Below, in pieces: positions 27,815 to 37,228 of a stretch of 64,000 nt of DNA. The stretch lies in the NCBI GenBank assembly GCA_038279365.1, contig JAYODI010000003.1:38123-102122 (forward strand), given 5' to 3'. Position 1 is the stretch's first letter. The number at the start of each line of letters is the position of its first letter. The notes under the pieces are model-generated. The model ran no database searches, was not told the DNA's origin, and was given only the letters and a program-made list of their open reading frames with translations. A program made the position numbers and the translations under genes. The DNA is from Candidatus Latescibacterota bacterium. GTDB lineage: Bacteria > Latescibacterota > UBA2968.

Positions 27815-29171
27815 ACAACCCAATATTTTATTGATTCATACCGATCAACACCGATTTGATTGTGTGGGTGCCAATGGGCATCCTTTTTTGCAAACGCCTC
27901 ATTTGGATCGTTTGGCGCGTGAGGGTATGAATTTTTCTCATGCGTTTTCGCCCATTCCCGTTTGTATTCCTGCACGCAATTCTTTGTTGTATGGCCAGTG
28001 GCCCACCGAACATTTGGCCATTGCCAATTGGAATACGGAAGCACCGCGTGCCGCATTGGGCGAAGGAAAGACATTGGGTGCGTGTTTGAAAGATGTGGGC
28101 TACGATTTAAAGCATGTGGGTAAGTGGCATATCCACCCCACACAAACGCCATTAGATTATGGATATGGTGAAGATGTGCCTGAGCGTGATTATGGTGCTT
28201 GGCGTGCTGGTCAAGGGTTTGAACCGAAACCAAATACACAGGGGTGGTTTGGAGAGGTTGACCCACATATCCCACCTGAGGCATCGCGTGTGGCTTGGGG
28301 GGCAGATCGGGTAATGGATGCGATTGAGCGGGCAGATGGCCCGTTTTTTATTCATTGGGAGACAAATGAACCGCATCTGCCCAACGTGGTGCCTGAGCCG
28401 TTTGCGTCGATGTATGCCCCTCAAGATTGTGAACCATGGGCAGGGTTTCACGATCCATTGTTGGGTAAGCCCTATATTCAGGGACAACAAAAGCGCACGT
28501 GGGGTGTGGCCTATTGGACGTGGGACAATTGGGCACCGATTGTGGCGCGCTATTTGGGTGAGATCAGTTTGTTGGATGCCCAAATTGGGCGGGTGTTGGA
28601 AAAGTTGGATCAGTTGGGCTTGACCGAAAATACATTGGTGATTTATACACCCGATCACGGCGATATGTGCGGTGGGCATGGCATGGTGGACAAACACTAT
28701 GTGATGTATGACGATATTGTACGGGTGCCGTTGTTGATGCGTTGGCCCAAACGTTTGGATGCGGGCACAACGCCAATATCGTTTGTGAGCAATGCATTGG
28801 ATGTGGCGGTTACGATTTGTGATGCGGCAGGTGCAGAGATTCCTGATACGTTTCGTGGGGTGAGTTTGTTGGGGGGCGATACGGGGCGAGAAGATATGTT
28901 GACGATGTATCATGGCAATCAGTTTGGTTTGTATAGCCAGCGGATGGTGCGCAATGCACAGTGGAAATATGTGTGGAATGCAACAGCAGAAGATGAGTTG
29001 TACGATTTGGTGAAGGATAAGGGTGAGATTCAAAATTTGGCGCAAGATCATGGGTGCGTGGAGGTCTTAACGCATTTGCGCCAGCGTTTGGTGGTTTGGA
29101 TGGAGGAGATTAACGATCCATTGTTGAACCATTGGAACAGGGATCAGTTGTTGGATAATCGCTCTTTGTAA
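27807..29171 (+). CDS. Sulfatase (choline-sulfatase-like group)
   Basis: PNILLIHTDQHR, CIPAR, GKWH, PH, DHG. Confidence 0.88.
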   Translation: MTEQPNILLIHTDQHRFDCVGANGHPFLQTPHLDRLAREGMNFSHAFSPIPVCIPARNSLLYGQWPTEHLAIANWNTEAPRAALGEGKTLGACLKDVGYDLKHVGKWHIHPTQTPLDYGYGEDVPERDYGAWRAGQGFEPKPNTQGWFGEVDPHIPPEASRVAWGADRVMDAIERADGPFFIHWETNEPHLPNVVPEPFASMYAPQDCEPWAGFHDPLLGKPYIQGQQKRTWGVAYWTWDNWAPIVARYLGEISLLDAQIGRVLEKLDQLGLTENTLVIYTPDHGDMCGGHGMVDKHYVMYDDIVRVPLLMRWPKRLDAGTTPISFVSNALDVAVTICDAAGAEIPDTFRGVSLLGGDTGREDMLTMYHGNQFGLYSQRMVRNAQWKYVWNATAEDELYDLVKDKGEIQNLAQDHGCVEVLTHLRQRLVVWMEEINDPLLNHWNRDQLLDNRSL

Positions 29172-29182
29172 AGAGGTGAGGG

Positions 29183-29668
29183 ATGATACAATTAGTCGTG
29201 TTTCTCGTGTTGTGTATGGGAACGGTGTGGGCGCAGGAGGAAAAACCGGCGTTGCCAAAGGAGGCGCGTCAGTTTGATTTTTGGATTGGAGAGTGGGATT
29301 TGACTTGGGAGGGGGGGACGGGGCACAATACGATTTCTGCGATTTTGGACAGTGCGGTGATTCAGGAAGAATTTGTTGGGGGAGATTTTAAGGGGAAGAG
29401 TGTGTCGGTGTATAACCGACATACTTTAAAGTGGCAACAGACTTGGGTGGATAATGCGGGTGGGTATTTGGATTTTGTGGGGGGATTTGAGGGAGGGAAG
29501 ATGGTTTTGGCTCGGACGGCAGAGCGAGATGGGGTGAGGTTTTTGCAGCGGATGGTTTGGTATAATATTGAGAGGGATCAATTGGATTGGAATTGGGAAC
29601 GATCGGATGATGCGGGGAAGACTTGGAAGGTGTTGTGGCAGATTCATTATGTGAGGAAGAAACAATAG
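29183..29668 (+). CDS. Secreted hypothetical beta-barrel protein (DUF1579-like)
   Basis: Signal peptide, QFDFWIGEW, WQQTWVDN, WERSDDAGKTW. Confidence 0.6.
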   Translation: MIQLVVFLVLCMGTVWAQEEKPALPKEARQFDFWIGEWDLTWEGGTGHNTISAILDSAVIQEEFVGGDFKGKSVSVYNRHTLKWQQTWVDNAGGYLDFVGGFEGGKMVLARTAERDGVRFLQRMVWYNIERDQLDWNWERSDDAGKTWKVLWQIHYVRKKQ

Positions 29669-29721
29669 GAAAGGTTTGTTGCTTTTTTGAAGTATTGTGG
29701 TAGGGTCAGGTTTTTTTGCTT

Positions 29722-29787
29722 GCACTGCCTTCGGCGACTTACTTTTTGAACGACCAAAAAGTAGGCAAAAAGTCGCTGCTCAAGTGC
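29722..29787. repeat. Structured REP/MITE-like intergenic element
   Basis: Nested stems GCACT/AGTGC, CGGCGACTT/AAGTCGCTG, TACTTTTTG/CAAAAAGTA. Confidence 0.55.
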
Positions 29788-29932
29788 CGCAGGGCTGCAC
29801 CACACAAATACCTTTTTGGGTTTTTATAACGGTTTATAGCCTACGAGATGGGTTGCTTTTATTTGAGTTTTGATTAACCGGATAGTGCGTTGTGCAAAAA
29901 CGAGTTTTTGTTTGGCGCGATAGGATTTTTTT

Positions 29933-31513
29933 ATGGATTCGGTTACAGGGAAATTGATGGGGAAGATCGGCTTACCAGAGCCAGTTGCTTTGCTTGCTAA
30001 AAGGCCGTGGGATGTGATTGTGGTGGGGGCGGGGCATAATGGGTTGACGTGTGCGGCTTATTTGGCTAAGGCGGGTAAGCGGGTGTTGGTGCTTGAGGCG
30101 CGGGAGCGTGTGGGGGGGGCGTGTACGTTGGAGGAACCTTGGCCGGGGTATCAGATGTCGCCGTGTGCATATTTGTGTGGGTTGTTGCACGGGCAGGTGA
30201 TTGATGATTTGGGGTTGGTGAGGCGCGGGTTTCGGTGGACGCCGGCGACTTCGGGAATGTTTATTCCGTTTGAAGATGGCGAGTCGATTCAGTTTTGGGA
30301 AGATGACGAACGGTGTGAAGCTGAGGTGCGTCGTTTGGCGCCACAAGATGTGGAGGGGTGGCGGGCAATGGGCGATGTGAAACGGCGGCTTCGGGAGGCG
30401 ATTCGGCCAGTGGGTGCGGGTGATTTGTGGTTGGATGTGGCGCCGTCGCGTGAGGTGATTGAAGATCGTTTGGGAGGAGATGATGAGGCGAGGGGGCTGT
30501 TGTTTGAGTGGTCGATGGCAGAGTATTTGGCGCGGTATTTGAGCGATGAGCGGTTGCAAATGGCACTGTTGGGGCAAGGGGTGATTGGGACAAATGCGAG
30601 TCCATTTGATGCGGGGACGGCGTCGGTTCACTTTCATCATGGTTCAGGGCGAATGAATGGGCTTGCAGGGGCGTGGGGGTATGTGGAAGGGGGCATGGGG
30701 CGGGTGTCGTTTTTGTTGTGTGATGTGGCAATGGAGGCCGGCGCGGTGGTGGCGACGGGGGTGCCTGTGGCGCGCATTGTGCCGGGTGAGGGTGTGGAAC
30801 TGGTGGGAGGTGATGTGTTGCGAGCACCTGTGGTGGTGTCGAATGCCGATCCGCAAACGACGTTGCGTTTATTGGGAGATGCGGCAGATGGTGCGTGGCA
30901 AGCGCAGGTTGAGCGCGTGCCGATTATGGGGTGTACGGTGAAGTTGAATGTGGCGTTGGAGGAATTGCCTAACTTTGATGCACGACCGGGTGTGAATGAA
31001 CCGCATCATTATGGGCAGGTGAATACGCCCTTGTCGAAGGACGAATGGCGTGGAACATTTCAATGTGCCCAAGAAGGGTCTTTGGCCGAGAAGTTGTGGA
31101 CGGAGTTGTATTTTCAAAGTGCGTATGATCCATCGGTGGCACCTAAGGGCAAACATGTGATGAGTGTGTTTGCTCAATATGTACCGCATACTTTTGCCGC
31201 AGGTGATTGGAATACGCGACGGGACGAGGTGGCCAATTTGGCATTGGCATCCATTGGGCGATTTTGTAGCAACATACCCGATGCTGTGGTGCATGTGGAA
31301 GTGATGGGGCCACCTGATATTGAGAAGAAGGTGGGACTTTCGGGAGGCCATATTTTTCAGGGTGAGTGTTTGCCCGATTATATGTGGGATAAACGGTTAT
31401 CTTATGAGACACCAATGGATGGGGTGTATTTGTGCGGTGCGTGTACGCACCCGGGGGGGAGTGTGATTGCGGTGAATGGGCGAAATGCGGCGATGGTGGT
31501 TTTAAAAAGATAA
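29933..31513 (+). CDS. Phytoene desaturase-like FAD-dependent oxidoreductase (PYROXD2-like)
   Basis: GAGHNGL, LEARERVGGA, GGMG, DPSVAPxGKH, YLCGACTHPGG. Confidence 0.88.
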   Translation: MDSVTGKLMGKIGLPEPVALLAKRPWDVIVVGAGHNGLTCAAYLAKAGKRVLVLEARERVGGACTLEEPWPGYQMSPCAYLCGLLHGQVIDDLGLVRRGFRWTPATSGMFIPFEDGESIQFWEDDERCEAEVRRLAPQDVEGWRAMGDVKRRLREAIRPVGAGDLWLDVAPSREVIEDRLGGDDEARGLLFEWSMAEYLARYLSDERLQMALLGQGVIGTNASPFDAGTASVHFHHGSGRMNGLAGAWGYVEGGMGRVSFLLCDVAMEAGAVVATGVPVARIVPGEGVELVGGDVLRAPVVVSNADPQTTLRLLGDAADGAWQAQVERVPIMGCTVKLNVALEELPNFDARPGVNEPHHYGQVNTPLSKDEWRGTFQCAQEGSLAEKLWTELYFQSAYDPSVAPKGKHVMSVFAQYVPHTFAAGDWNTRRDEVANLALASIGRFCSNIPDAVVHVEVMGPPDIEKKVGLSGGHIFQGECLPDYMWDKRLSYETPMDGVYLCGACTHPGGSVIAVNGRNAAMVVLKR

Positions 31514-31670
31514 GCGAATCAGCGAATCAACGAAACTGCGAATCAAAACCTATTCGTCCATTCGTCCATTCGTCTATTACTCGCTACGCTCGTGAGCAGG
31601 GGGCACCTTCGGTGCGTTCTCTTTGAGAACTTGCGCTTCGCGCACCCGCAGGTTCGTCTATTCGTTCGTT
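31513..31670. repeat. Inverted 8-mer tandem arrays interrupted by a small multi-hairpin insert
   Basis: AGCGAATC-type units x4 (31513-31544), ATTCGTCY x3 (31552-31575), insert at 31579-31652, array resumes at 31653. Confidence 0.75.
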
Positions 31671-31689
31671 TTTAATAAGGGTTTTAGTG

Positions 31690-32742
31690 ATGAAGATTGC
31701 AGTGCTTGTTTCTGGTGGGGTAGACAGTTCGGTTGCGCTGAATTTGTTGAAGCGCGAAGGACACGATTTGACGGCGTTTTATCTCAAGGTGTGGCTTGAA
31801 GATGAGTTGGCCTTTTTGGGAGAGTGCCCGTGGGAAGAAGATATGAAGTATGTGCGGGCCGTTTGTGAACAGTTGGATGTGCCTTTAGAGATCGTATCTT
31901 TGCAAGCCGAATATTTGGATCGGGTGGTATCTTATGCATTGGCCGAGTTGCGGGTGGGGCGTACGCCCAGCCCAGATATTTTTTGCAATCAACGCATCAA
32001 GTTTGGGGCATTTTTTGATCATATTGACAATTCGTTTGAGAAGGTGGCCACGGGGCATTATGCACAAATTGTGCAAGACAATGGTTTGGCGCTTTTGAAA
32101 CGGGCACCTGATCCGGTGAAAGATCAAACGTATTTTCTGTCGGGCATGTTTCAGGCACAAGTTGCGCGGGCGATTTTCCCCATTGGGCATTTTATGAAAA
32201 ATGAGGTGCGCGATTTGGCGCATGAATTTGATTTGCCCACGCAAGATCGGAAAGACAGTCAGGGAATTTGCTTTTTGGGTAAGATACGGTACCCTGAGTT
32301 TATTAAGTTTCATTTGGGCGACGAAGAAGGAGATATTGTCGAACGTGAGACGGGGCGTGTGTTGGGGCCACACAAGGGGTATTGGTATTATACGATTGGG
32401 CAACGGCAAGGGTTGGGGTTGAGCCACGGGCCGTGGTATGTGACGGATAAGGATACGGATAAGAACATTGTTTATGTGTCTCACCAGTTGAATCAGGTGG
32501 ATCAGTCGCGTGATGAATTGGTGGTGTCCAATCCCAATTGGATTGCAGGCGCACCAGAAAAACAAGAGTTACAACTGAAATTGCGACATGGTCCTGTGAT
32601 TGTACCGTGCACGATTTCGCCATTGGAGAACAATCGAATTGCAGTGAAGATGGCCGAAAAGGATACGGGTGTGGCACCGGGGCAGTTTGCGGTTTTTTAT
32701 GATGGTGATATTTGCTTGGGGCATGGAGTGATTGCCGAATGA
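31690..32742 (+). CDS. mnmA: tRNA-specific 2-thiouridylase
   Basis: SGGVDSS, PDIFCN, ATGHYA, KDQTYFL, DSQGICF, TIGQR, PGQ. Confidence 0.96.
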   Translation: MKIAVLVSGGVDSSVALNLLKREGHDLTAFYLKVWLEDELAFLGECPWEEDMKYVRAVCEQLDVPLEIVSLQAEYLDRVVSYALAELRVGRTPSPDIFCNQRIKFGAFFDHIDNSFEKVATGHYAQIVQDNGLALLKRAPDPVKDQTYFLSGMFQAQVARAIFPIGHFMKNEVRDLAHEFDLPTQDRKDSQGICFLGKIRYPEFIKFHLGDEEGDIVERETGRVLGPHKGYWYYTIGQRQGLGLSHGPWYVTDKDTDKNIVYVSHQLNQVDQSRDELVVSNPNWIAGAPEKQELQLKLRHGPVIVPCTISPLENNRIAVKMAEKDTGVAPGQFAVFYDGDICLGHGVIAE

Positions 32743-33488
32743 GTGATTCATGTTTGTTGCCCATGCCGTGGGGAAATTGTGCGTATTTTGACGCAGAAGG
32801 TGAGGGGTATCCCACGGTGTTTTTGCACGGAACGGGATGTGATACCTCTGATTGGCAAGACACGTTTGGATGTTTAAACGACGGTGTGCGTGTTATTGCT
32901 ATGGATTTTCGTGGACATGGTTTGAGCGAGGTGCCTGCGGGGCGGTTTACGATTGAAGATTTGGCTGATGATGTGCAGGCATTGATGGCGCATTTGAATT
33001 TAAGGCGACCATTGTTGGTGGGGCATAGTTTGGGTGGTATGGTGGCGATGGCCGTGGCGCGTAAGACTCAAAATGTGGGAGGTCTTATTTTGTTAGAAGG
33101 GTGGACGGCATTGTCTTGTGTGCGGGAGGCATTTCACGGCGAACGTATGTTTGGCAATTTGTCACCTGAAAAGATAGAACATATTCGCGCCAAGTCTTCA
33201 GAGACGAAGGCGCGTTTTTCTGATATTGAGTGGCAGTTCTTTTGGGAGTCTGTGAAAGCATTTGATGCAGAAGATTTTTTGAAGCAGACCGATATTTCTA
33301 TTTGGCAAGTTTATGGCAATATGGGGCGTAAAGCGGACAGTGAACATCGTTTGCGTGTGCCTTGTCGCGAACCTATATTTTGGCATTGGGTGAATGGAGC
33401 AGGACACTATTTGCCCCATGAATGTTGTGAGGAGATTGCAGGTATTTGCCATCAAGCGATTGGATATGTGGCACATGAAAACGGCTGA
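32739..33488 (+). CDS. Alpha/beta fold hydrolase
   Basis: ATGA overlap with mnmA. FLHG, DFRGHGLS, GHSLGG, GAGH. Confidence 0.85.
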   Translation: MSDSCLLPMPWGNCAYFDAEGEGYPTVFLHGTGCDTSDWQDTFGCLNDGVRVIAMDFRGHGLSEVPAGRFTIEDLADDVQALMAHLNLRRPLLVGHSLGGMVAMAVARKTQNVGGLILLEGWTALSCVREAFHGERMFGNLSPEKIEHIRAKSSETKARFSDIEWQFFWESVKAFDAEDFLKQTDISIWQVYGNMGRKADSEHRLRVPCREPIFWHWVNGAGHYLPHECCEEIAGICHQAIGYVAHENG

Positions 33489-33957
33489 TTATTGGATTGA
33501 AAAGTTAGGTCTTCACGCACACCCCGAAGGTGGATATTTTCGTGAAACGTATCGTGCTGATGAAAAGATTACGACAGAGGGATTGCCTGATCGGTTTTTG
33601 GGAGACCGTTCGTTTTCAACCGCGATCTATTTTTTGCTTACTGAAAACAATTTTTCTTCTTTTCATCGGATTCAATCTGATGAGCTTTGGTTTTTTCATG
33701 CAGGGTCAGAGCTGAAGGTACAGATGATCACCCCCAATGGCAATGATCGATGTTTGACAATTGGACCTGATGGGCCGTTTCAAACTGTGGTACCTGCGCA
33801 GTGTTGGTTTGGGGCTGAAGTTAAAAAAGATTATGCTTTGGTGAGTTGTACGGTTGCTCCAGGGTTTGATTTTACCGATTTTGAGTTGGCTGATCGCCAG
33901 ACACTTTTGACGCAATATCCGCAACACCGAGATTTGATTGTGAGGTTGACACATTGA
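33475..33957 (+). CDS. Cupin, DUF985 (Cupin_5) family
   Basis: HPEGGYFRET, TAIYFLL, FHRIQSDELW, CTVAPGFDF. Confidence 0.92.
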   Translation: MKTADYWIEKLGLHAHPEGGYFRETYRADEKITTEGLPDRFLGDRSFSTAIYFLLTENNFSSFHRIQSDELWFFHAGSELKVQMITPNGNDRCLTIGPDGPFQTVVPAQCWFGAEVKKDYALVSCTVAPGFDFTDFELADRQTLLTQYPQHRDLIVRLTH

Positions 33958-36053
33958 AGACGTGGTTGATTGGTTTTGTGGTGTTGGTTTGGGCATGGCC
34001 TGTTTGGGCACAAGATACGCTTACGGTTGTGGCCGATACGATGGTGGTTTCTGCCACGCGTGTAGAGCGACCCATTTTGGAGGTGCCGTTTGCTGTAGAT
34101 GTTTTGTTGGGAACTGATTTGCCACAAGCCGAAGCGGGTTTGTCACTTGCCGAGAAGTTGCGTTATGTGCCGGGGGTGGTGGTGGATAATCGTCAGAATA
34201 TGTCGCAGGGAGATCGCATAACGATGCGTGGTGTGGGCGCACGTGCCTCTTTTGGGGTGCGAGGCATTCGCTTGGTGCTCGATGGTATTCCGCTGACGAT
34301 GCCCGATGGTCAGGCACAGTTGAACAATTTGGATTTGGCCGATATTGGGCGGATAGAGGTTCTTCGAGGGCCGAGTGCGGCGCTTTATGGCAATGCGTCG
34401 GGGGGGGTGATTTTGTTGCATTCTCGCAGTGAGCAAGATGCGCCATTTGTTGTTCGCCCGTCGGTGGTGGTTGGTGGTGATGGGCTGCGGCGGGTGCAAG
34501 GGCAGGTATCGGGGCATGTAGACAAATATCAATACGCGATGAGTGGTTATCGGTTGGTGGCCAATGGGTATCGCGATTTTTCTGCTGGAGAGACGTGGGC
34601 ATTTAAAGCACACAATACGTTTCGGGTTTCTGATCGCTTTTCGCTGACGGGGGTGGTTCATCATGTGAACAGCCCGTTTTTGCTTAACCCAAGTTCGTTA
34701 GATCGCGCAGTGGCCGATTCGTTGCCTCAAAGTGCTCGCTTTTTTGTGCGGTCTCAAGGGGCAAGCAAGTCGGTGTTGCAAACACAAGGTGGTGTAACTG
34801 CGCGATATTTGGGTGATGCTGCGCGAGTCGAGACGACGGTTTATGGTTTGACACGTGCGTTGTATAACCCTATTCCTGGGCGCGTTATTGATTTGGATCG
34901 TATAGCAGGTGGGTGGCGTACGGTGATGACAGGAGATCGCTCGGATGTGTCGTGGACGGTGGGCTTGGATGTGGAGGCGCAACGCGATACACGGTTAGAG
35001 TTTGAAAATGATGGTTTGCCCAATGGGCAAGTCAATACCATTGCGGCATCAGATGTATTGAAGCAGGTGCAAAAAGGGGCGCAGTTACAAGATCAAAAAG
35101 AGTCGGTGACCAATCTGGGGCCGTTTGTGCATTTGGGGTGGCAGGTGGCTACGCAGTGGCAACTGGCGTTGGGTGTGCGGTATGACCATTTTGTATTTGA
35201 TGTGACGGATCGTTGGTTGACCGATGGGGTGGATGCGTCGGGTTCACGCACGATGGGGCAATGGAGTCCTTCTTTAGGTGTGACATTTCGAGCGACAGAT
35301 TTGATGTCTCTCTATGCCAATGTGGGCACAGCGTTTCAAACGCCAACCACAACGGAGTTGGGCAATCGTCCCAGTGGGGCAGGTGGGTTTAATTTGGATT
35401 TGGAACCTGAACGTTTGCGTTCTTTTGAGGTGGGTGTAAAAGGGTTTTCATCTTCGGGTGCGGTGGCCTATGATGTGGCGGGGTATGTGATGACCATTCG
35501 AGATATGTTGATTCCGTTTCAAGTGGTGGGCAGTGAAGAAATTTTTTATCGCAATGCGGGCAAAACGCGGAATATTGGTTTTGAAACACACGTGCGTTGG
35601 ATACCTGTAAAGGCGTTTCGCGCTGATGTGTCGTATTCTCACCAACATTTTACGTTTCGCAATTATCAGCTTGAATCGGGTGAACAATTGTCGGGAAACC
35701 GTGTGCCAGGTGTGCCACCGCATCGGCTTTCTTTGGGGCTGACGCTGAGCCATCCTTCGGGTGGATTTGGAGAGGTTCACGTACAAGCAACCGATGATGT
35801 GTTTGCCAACGATTTGAATGGCCCTCCTGTAGGCAGTTCTAAATCTGAGCGAGATTTTGTTAATGAGGGTGCTGTGGTGACGGATTTGCGGTTGGGGTTT
35901 CGGCGATCACTTTTTGAAGGTTATGTGGGCATGAACAATGTGTTTGATATACGTTATAACAGTTCTATTGTACCAAATGCTTTGGGGGATCGTTTTTTTG
36001 AGCCTGCTTCTGGACGTATGGTGTATGTGGGAATGTTGATTGAAGTTTGGTAG
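33954..36053 (+). CDS. TonB-dependent receptor (YncD-like)
   Basis: Signal peptide, TMVVSATR TonB box, DGIPLTMPDGQ, IEVLRGPSAALYG plug, C-terminal Trp. Confidence 0.92.
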   Translation: MKTWLIGFVVLVWAWPVWAQDTLTVVADTMVVSATRVERPILEVPFAVDVLLGTDLPQAEAGLSLAEKLRYVPGVVVDNRQNMSQGDRITMRGVGARASFGVRGIRLVLDGIPLTMPDGQAQLNNLDLADIGRIEVLRGPSAALYGNASGGVILLHSRSEQDAPFVVRPSVVVGGDGLRRVQGQVSGHVDKYQYAMSGYRLVANGYRDFSAGETWAFKAHNTFRVSDRFSLTGVVHHVNSPFLLNPSSLDRAVADSLPQSARFFVRSQGASKSVLQTQGGVTARYLGDAARVETTVYGLTRALYNPIPGRVIDLDRIAGGWRTVMTGDRSDVSWTVGLDVEAQRDTRLEFENDGLPNGQVNTIAASDVLKQVQKGAQLQDQKESVTNLGPFVHLGWQVATQWQLALGVRYDHFVFDVTDRWLTDGVDASGSRTMGQWSPSLGVTFRATDLMSLYANVGTAFQTPTTTELGNRPSGAGGFNLDLEPERLRSFEVGVKGFSSSGAVAYDVAGYVMTIRDMLIPFQVVGSEEIFYRNAGKTRNIGFETHVRWIPVKAFRADVSYSHQHFTFRNYQLESGEQLSGNRVPGVPPHRLSLGLTLSHPSGGFGEVHVQATDDVFANDLNGPPVGSSKSERDFVNEGAVVTDLRLGFRRSLFEGYVGMNNVFDIRYNSSIVPNALGDRFFEPASGRMVYVGMLIEVW

Positions 36054-36080
36054 TTTATCCTTTTTCTAAGGGCGTAATTA

Positions 36081-36908
36081 ATGAAAAGCTTTCTCGAAAT
36101 AATGACCGTAGAAACCGGTGTGCGACGGGTGGTGTTTGAGATGGAAGATCATTTTGAGGCACCCAATTGGTCGCGTGATGGATCTTTTTTGATTTATAAC
36201 AGCCACGGGCGGTTGTATCGGTTGCCAGTGGCGGGTGGTTCGCCCACGGAAATTGATACGGGGCATGCAATAAAGTGCAACAATGATCATGGCTTGTCAC
36301 CCGACGGGTCGTTGTTGGCCATTAGTGACAGCAGTATGGGGGGGCAGTCGCAGGTTTATGTGTTGCCTACCGCAGGGGGCACGCCACGTTTGGTGACAAA
36401 GGAAAGCCCATCGTATTGGCATGGGTGGTCACCCGATGGCAAGACATTGGCCTATACGGGTAGGCGTGATGACAATTATGATATTTATACCATTTCGGTA
36501 GATGGTGGTCATGAGACACGATTGACCACTGCGCCCGAATTGGATGATGGGCCAGATTATACACCCGATGGGGCGTGGATTTATTTTAACTCGGCACGTA
36601 CGGGTATTATGCGCATATGGAAAATGCGCCCCAATGGCAGTGAACAGACACAGGTGACATTTGATGAAGATTATGCCGATTGGTTTCCACACCCGTCGCC
36701 AAATGGACAACATTTGGTGTTTTTGTCGTATGACAAATCTGTTGATGGTCACCCGAAGAACAAAGATGTGGTGTTGCGCCTGATGCCTTTGGATGGCCAT
36801 GAACCACCGCGTGTGATTGTTGCATTGTTTGGTGGGCAGGGGACGATTAATGTGCCATCGTGGTCGCCAGACAGTAAGGAATTTGCATTTGTGCGATATG
36901 AAGTGTGA
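36081..36908 (+). CDS. TolB-like PD40-repeat beta-propeller protein
   Basis: Repeated WSPDG/YTPDG units, [14 protein letters not shown]. Confidence 0.85.
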   Translation: MKSFLEIMTVETGVRRVVFEMEDHFEAPNWSRDGSFLIYNSHGRLYRLPVAGGSPTEIDTGHAIKCNNDHGLSPDGSLLAISDSSMGGQSQVYVLPTAGGTPRLVTKESPSYWHGWSPDGKTLAYTGRRDDNYDIYTISVDGGHETRLTTAPELDDGPDYTPDGAWIYFNSARTGIMRIWKMRPNGSEQTQVTFDEDYADWFPHPSPNGQHLVFLSYDKSVDGHPKNKDVVLRLMPLDGHEPPRVIVALFGGQGTINVPSWSPDSKEFAFVRYEV

Positions 36909-36970
36909 AAATATATTGTTTGTGTGTGATGGGCGACGTAAAGCCGTTTCTGATATGAAAGTGTCTTTTT

Positions 36971-37183
36971 ATGAATCTCAACCCTGAAAAATTGTATCAC
37001 TCAAAATGGACAGCTGTTAAACCACAGAATAAAGAAAAGCATTTTATTGTTACAAAAGTTTTAAAAGATGACAACGATCGGGTGCAAGATGTGGTTTTGG
37101 AGGCGGTGTTGACCAAGCAGGTGTGGCAAATGCCGTGGCGAGAGCTGAAAGATGCGTCGGTATGGTTGGCGGGATGGCAATAA
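36971..37183 (+). CDS. Trp-rich small protein, TIGR02450 family
   Basis: KLYHSKWTAVKPQNKEKHF...LEAV...WRELKD...WLAGW. Confidence 0.85.
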   Translation: MNLNPEKLYHSKWTAVKPQNKEKHFIVTKVLKDDNDRVQDVVLEAVLTKQVWQMPWRELKDASVWLAGWQ

Positions 37184-37211
37184 AAAAGCCAGGTCTAATG
37201 ACCTGGCTTTT
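37184..37211. terminator. Bidirectional intrinsic terminator
   Basis: AAAAGCCAGGT/ACCTGGCTTTT between convergent genes. Confidence 0.85.
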
Positions 37212-37228
37212 GTGTGTATGGGCAGAAT

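Noticed and set aside
29933-31513. Carotenoid biosynthesis gene crtI
   Set aside because: No crtB or crtE neighbours, and the motifs fit the broader PYROXD2-like oxidoreductases.
31600-31647. Cloverleaf as a tRNA gene
   Set aside because: Only 48 nt, with 3-nt loops, no anticodon or T-loop consensus and no 7-bp acceptor stem.
31513-31670. Possible CRISPR array
   Set aside because: Units are 8 bp with no unique spacers, and there are no cas genes in the window.
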